DNA from: Eledone cirrhosa
Lineage: Eukaryota
Direction of reading: 5' to 3'
Length of the DNA stretch: 64,000 bases
Assembly: GCA_964016885.1 (NCBI GenBank)
Contig: OZ024757.1
Span: forward strand, 30,132,001 to 30,196,000
Positions 59,701 to 64,000 of this stretch are shown piece by piece. The position numbers and the translations under genes are program-made. Every line of letters starts with the position of its first letter. The first letter of the stretch is position 1. Under the pieces are notes generated by a model. That model searched no databases. It was given only the letters and a program-made list of their open reading frames with translations, and was not told the origin of the DNA.

Positions 59701-62700
59701 ATTGCCTGCAGGACTATGATGAACAGGAGAGGGCTAAGAACAGAGCCCTGGTGGACCCCAACCTGTACGCTAAATTCCTCGCTATACTCATTGCCAATCC
59801 TAACTTTGCTGACTGCTCCCCTATACATGGCTTGTACCGCTTTCACAAGCCATTCATCTACTCCTAGTTTTCTAAGAGCCCACCAGATTACTGCACGTGG
59901 AACTCTGTCAAAGGCTTTCTCAAGGTCGACAAATGCCAAGTAGAGTGGCTTACTTTTAGCTAGGTACTTTTCCTGTAATTGCCTCACAAGGAAGAGCGCA
60001 TCAGTGGTGCCTTTCCCTGGAACAAACCCAAATTGCATCTCGTCTATATTCACCCGGTCCCTAATCAGCTGTGCTATAACTCTTTCTGTTACTTTCATGA
60101 CCTGGTCCATCAACTTTATACCTCTATAGTTTCCTCTATCTAGTGCATCGCCTTTACCTTTGTAGCAGTTGACAATGATGCTACTGCACCAATCTTTTGG
60201 TATGGCCCCCTCTAGTATTACCTGGTTAACGATACGTGTGGTAATATATATATATATATATAATTTCGTCCATTACCAGAGAATGTATTCAGAAATCAAT
60301 GTATCGCCTTCCTGTTTTCCTTCGGTTGCAATATTTTTTTTAATATTTACTTCTGCATCTACAGATTGATTTTTCTCAGTTTCAGAAAATCCCATAAAAG
60401 GGTGAAAGCAGTGATTCTTTGCTTAAACTTTAATCTGTACATTATAAGTGTGTATGTATGCAGTATATTCTTAGATAAAAGTCCAAGGATAACCAACAGG
60501 TGCATGTGTTTTTATTGGTAGCATGACCCTCCCAAAGTATAACAAAATATGTGTGTGTGTATATATATTTTCCAAGCGATGTCAACATGAATAGACCTGT
60601 TATTTTTATCTAAAGACATTTTTTCCATTTCCACCCAGCCCATGCCTTCAAAATAATTTCTCATTCTTTCTTCTGATGAAGGACTAGCATCCGAAATGTT
60701 AAGATCCTCTTCCTGCTATTTCAAGCATTAACCTAATATATTCCTTCCATATACTGTACTGATTGTGTTGTTATTTCTGTTTACCTTTTACATATATATC
60801 ATCATCGTCATTTAACGTCTATCTTCCACAGTAGCATGGGTTAGACAGGAATTGTCCCATTTAAGGCAAGATTGGTCGGGTGACCGTGTCTCATTCGTAT
60901 AGAACTATCTGGCAGGTTTTCTACGGCTGGATGCCCTTCCTAACACCAACCACATTTACAGTGTGTGGTCTGGGAGCTTTTTACCGTGTTACCTACATGG
61001 CCACATTACAGCGTGGACTGTGTTTTTTTTTTGTTTTTTTTTGTTTTTTGTTGTGACACCTACACGACCTCATTGTACAGAGAGAGAGAGGCATAATACT
61101 ACATACAACAACAGACCCACAAGCCAGAGAGATAACTGATATAAAAAAAAAAATCTAAACTCACTTTTTCCTCTTATTGTTGCTGACTTGTAATCCATTT
61201 CCAGCCCATGACCCCCACCCAGGAAGGGTAAGGTCAATGTCCTTGGGTCTTTTACTTGCCTTCACTGCCTCTTTCTCCTCTTTAAACTCTTCAATGACAT
61301 CATCATTGGCAAAAGCTTGACTCAGTGTGAATTTGTCGTTGCCGTTGTCCTCCGTTTCCTCTTCCATCTCGTCGTCCTCATCTTCATTTTCAACCATCAT
61401 GGTCTTGATCGAGGTTGCTATCGGAGTGTTCATGTCGAGGATCTGTTTTGGATCGAGGCTGACATCGTTGCTCGGCGCCGCTGGCGGCTCCATGTATTTC
61501 AACCTGGGGCCACTGTCTCGCAGAGATTTCGGGATTACGTCCATAGCTTCCTCAACGATATCCACAGCCCCTTCTGGGATCGACTGAGATGATGATGGCT
61601 TCAACTTCTTCACCGAGACGCGAGTGGGACGCATCCATGTGTTACTGCCTGTCGCACTGACACTCTCTGTGTTTTCAGCCAAGTCATCATCGTTATCACT
61701 CTCTTTATAATACTCATCATCATCATCATCATCATCATCTTCTTCTACAACAGTAGGTTGTTTTTTTGTCAGCTCTCGATTTTTTTTTACCATATCACTT
61801 ATTCTTTGTTGAGTCTGAAACGAGAGAGAAAGAGTAAGACACATGAGATAGAGAGAGAGAGAAAGAGTAAGACAAATGAGAGAGAGAAAGTGTAAGACAA
61901 ACGAGAGAGAGAGAGAGAAAGTAAGAGAAATGAGACCCACATAAGAAAGGAAGAATAAGAAACACAAGAGAGAGAGTAAGACACACATGGTTCTTATTGG
62001 CTAAGATTGTGTAATAAAATAAGACGCAACTGACTCACATTCGGATCATATTTGGCGTACATCATCTGTCTCTTCTGGAATTTACTGCCTCCACGATGTT
62101 TTAATGAAATACGTTCCTGAAATACATAAACAGAGAAATCATTGAATCATCATCATCATTGTTTAATATCCACTTTCCTTGTTAGCAAAGGTTCGATGGG
62201 TCATCAGCAAACGAAGTCAGTACTCAAGTGGAGGTACTAACCCCACAGATAGACCAGGAGCTTGCATTTTGCTTTAGCAAAGGTTCAGTGGGTCATTAGC
62301 AGACGAGGTCAGTACTGGAGGTACTGACCCCCATGGATAAGCCAGGAGCTTGCATTTTGCTTATATATGTGTGTGCACTCTACCAAGTGATCAGACAGGC
62401 CAGTGGCTTGCAACTCGCTTACATATGAACCCACAGAGCATTTTATCATGGCACCAGCACTAAAGAAGTTGACGTGCCTTTGACACAGACAGAGTCCTCC
62501 CAACCCTTTGTTTGATTGATTTTCTATGGCTAATGCCCTTCTTATCATCAACGACTTTACAAAGATCGTTTATCATGTAAATTACCAGGATTAGGGACTA
62601 GCTAGAGTCCTCCCAATCCTTTGTTTGGCAAGTTTTCTACAGCTGGCTGCCCTTCCTCTCACCAACCACTTTACATTACAGAGTGTACTGAGTGTGTTTA

Positions 62701-63703
62701 TTGTGTAAATACCCAACACTAGTAAATTTATCTGAAAAGTCTAACCAATAACATCATACACTACTGTCTTCTACACTAGAAAATAAAGCCCCACAGTTAA
62801 TAAGTTTACTTTATTCTATGTAAAAATATATCATGTAAATACAATTTAACGAAAAAGAAATAAAATTTTAGATTGAGAAGAAAGAATGGAATGTAAAATT
62901 AAAATTTCATAGATTCGATATAATGTGAGATAAAGCCTTTACCATAAAAATACAATTGTATATAAAGAGTAATGTTAAAGGGTTAACAAAGGTAATATGG
63001 TCAGTAGCTGACTGACTTACCTTAGCGCGAGATTTCTCAACTGTTTTCATTTTGTCGAGGAATTTCTCTGGATCACTTTTAGCCAATTCATTCACATTAG
63101 TCTTTTCTTTCTCCAGTTTATCTCTCTTCATCAGACGTCGATAGCTGAAACAAAAATGATGAAATTACAAACTGCAAGAATAGTGACCGCATATATGTGT
63201 GTTTTATGCACTCAAACTTTTAAAATTAAAATAATGTCAATCAACAGATGATAATTATCATAAATACCGTATTTTCTTCCTAATCATTACATAGATATGT
63301 GTGTATGTAATAGTTATTATGTATGTGTCTATTTATGAATATGCATGAGTAGATGTGTGTGTGTCTGTGTGGGTTTGCACTTTTGTTGTCTGTATTTATG
63401 TATTTATGTGTAGATGTACTGTTCTCAAAAGAAATAACATCAAAATCTCATAGATTCAATATTATATGAGATAAAGCCTTTACCATGAAAATACAATAGT
63501 AAATATAGAGTAATGTAAATGCTAAAGGGTTAAAAAGTGCCCTCCTACAGCTCCATTAGGAGTGGCGGATCCATACGTACATAAATACATTCTTAAGATG
63601 ATACATACCGCTTGCTTTTAATCTTGTTCTTCCACTGTTGTTTGATTTCATGATAATTCAACAAAGCCCTATATTTCATCAGCTCACTCCGCCGTATTTG
63701 GGC
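56718..63703 (-). CDS. UTP14: U3 snoRNA-associated protein 14 (SSU processome); last 6 coding exons; the gene continues beyond the window end
   Basis: Exons (minus): 63609-63703, 63021-63144, 62039-62116, 61165-61814, 58206-58305, 56718-56963, with consistent phases. Motifs KIKSKRYRR, ERISLKH, AFANDDVIEEFKEEK, DLTLPGWGSWAG, HVIIDE, LPFPY, PIGKDWN, TKLGTIIKPI. Confidence 0.93.
58389..60243 (-). mobile_element. 5'-truncated RTE/RTE-X-type LINE with an uninterrupted RT ORF (about 515 codons), Cys-rich PHD-like motif, 3' UTR and (GAT)n tail; in a UTP14 intron
   Basis: ORF 58698-60113 extends open to about 60243 (NYRGIKL). Motifs QFGFVPGKGTTDA, FVDLEKAFDRV, GVHQGSVLSPLLF, LLYADDL, CSVC...CPKC...HKRC, RRLRWYGHVMR. 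Confidence 0.92.
60669..60704 (+). ncRNA. Minimal hammerhead motif of a second family; related copy at 12735-12770 has the core mutated to CTGGTGA
   Basis: tctt-CTGATGA-aGGActagcaTCC-GAAA-tgtt-aaga. The other copy is tctt-CTGGTGA-aGGACtagcGTCC-GAAA-cgtt-aaga. About 110 bp of downstream flank is shared by the two copies. Confidence 0.55.
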
Positions 63704-64000
63704 CTGAAAGGAGAAAATTATTCCACATTTGTACACATCATTATAACGAACAACAAACGTTTTAGAGACATTTTCCCTTGCTCAAACAGGCGAGTTAGTT
63801 AGCCTGTATAGGAGTAAAGGGAACATTACTGACTTCATATTCATCATTGGGCCCTTTTTGAGGCAATATTTTGCAGCCATCAGCGTCTTTCTTGGTGAAA
63901 AGTTCATAGGCTGACTATGACGGATTGATGCTAGAGCTGTGAAATCTTGCATGCATTAATTTCAAGTCTTCTTATTAATAACGTCATTATTTTTTTTTTC

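Noticed and set aside
58828-59943. Plus-strand ORFs of 148 and 209 aa
   Set aside because: They are antisense shadows of the LINE reverse transcriptase ORF.
63775-63853. Possible intronic C/D-box snoRNA in UTP14 (minus strand ATGATGA)
   Set aside because: No terminal CTGA box D and no rRNA-complementary guide that I could identify; a snoscan or Infernal search would settle it.

Overview
Eukaryotic (animal) genomic DNA, AT-rich and very dense in microsatellites, SINEs and LINE fragments. The repeat landscape suggests a coleoid cephalopod such as an octopus (inference only). I reconstructed four spliced genes by hand, all with canonical GT-AG introns and consistent phases: (1) a 3-exon Ly6/uPAR three-finger, probably GPI-anchored gene on the minus strand (29539->9862); (2) YRDC on the minus strand (44907->38846); (3) CDK5RAP1, the MiaB-type tRNA methylthiotransferase, on the plus strand (45839->56303), head-to-head with YRDC and under 1 kb away; (4) the 3' part of UTP14 on the minus strand (63703->56718), tail-to-tail with CDK5RAP1. 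Main points of interest: a divergent pair of tRNA-A37 modification genes; two in-frame ATGs in YRDC; a uORF made by duplicating the CDK5RAP1 start region; 11 tandem copies of the CDK5RAP1 exon-9 splice acceptor, of which only the last is productive; several type-I hammerhead ribozyme motifs sharing a C-C mismatch in stem II; and fold-back palindromes set in (TA)n tracts. Most ORFs in the supplied track are microsatellite artefacts.
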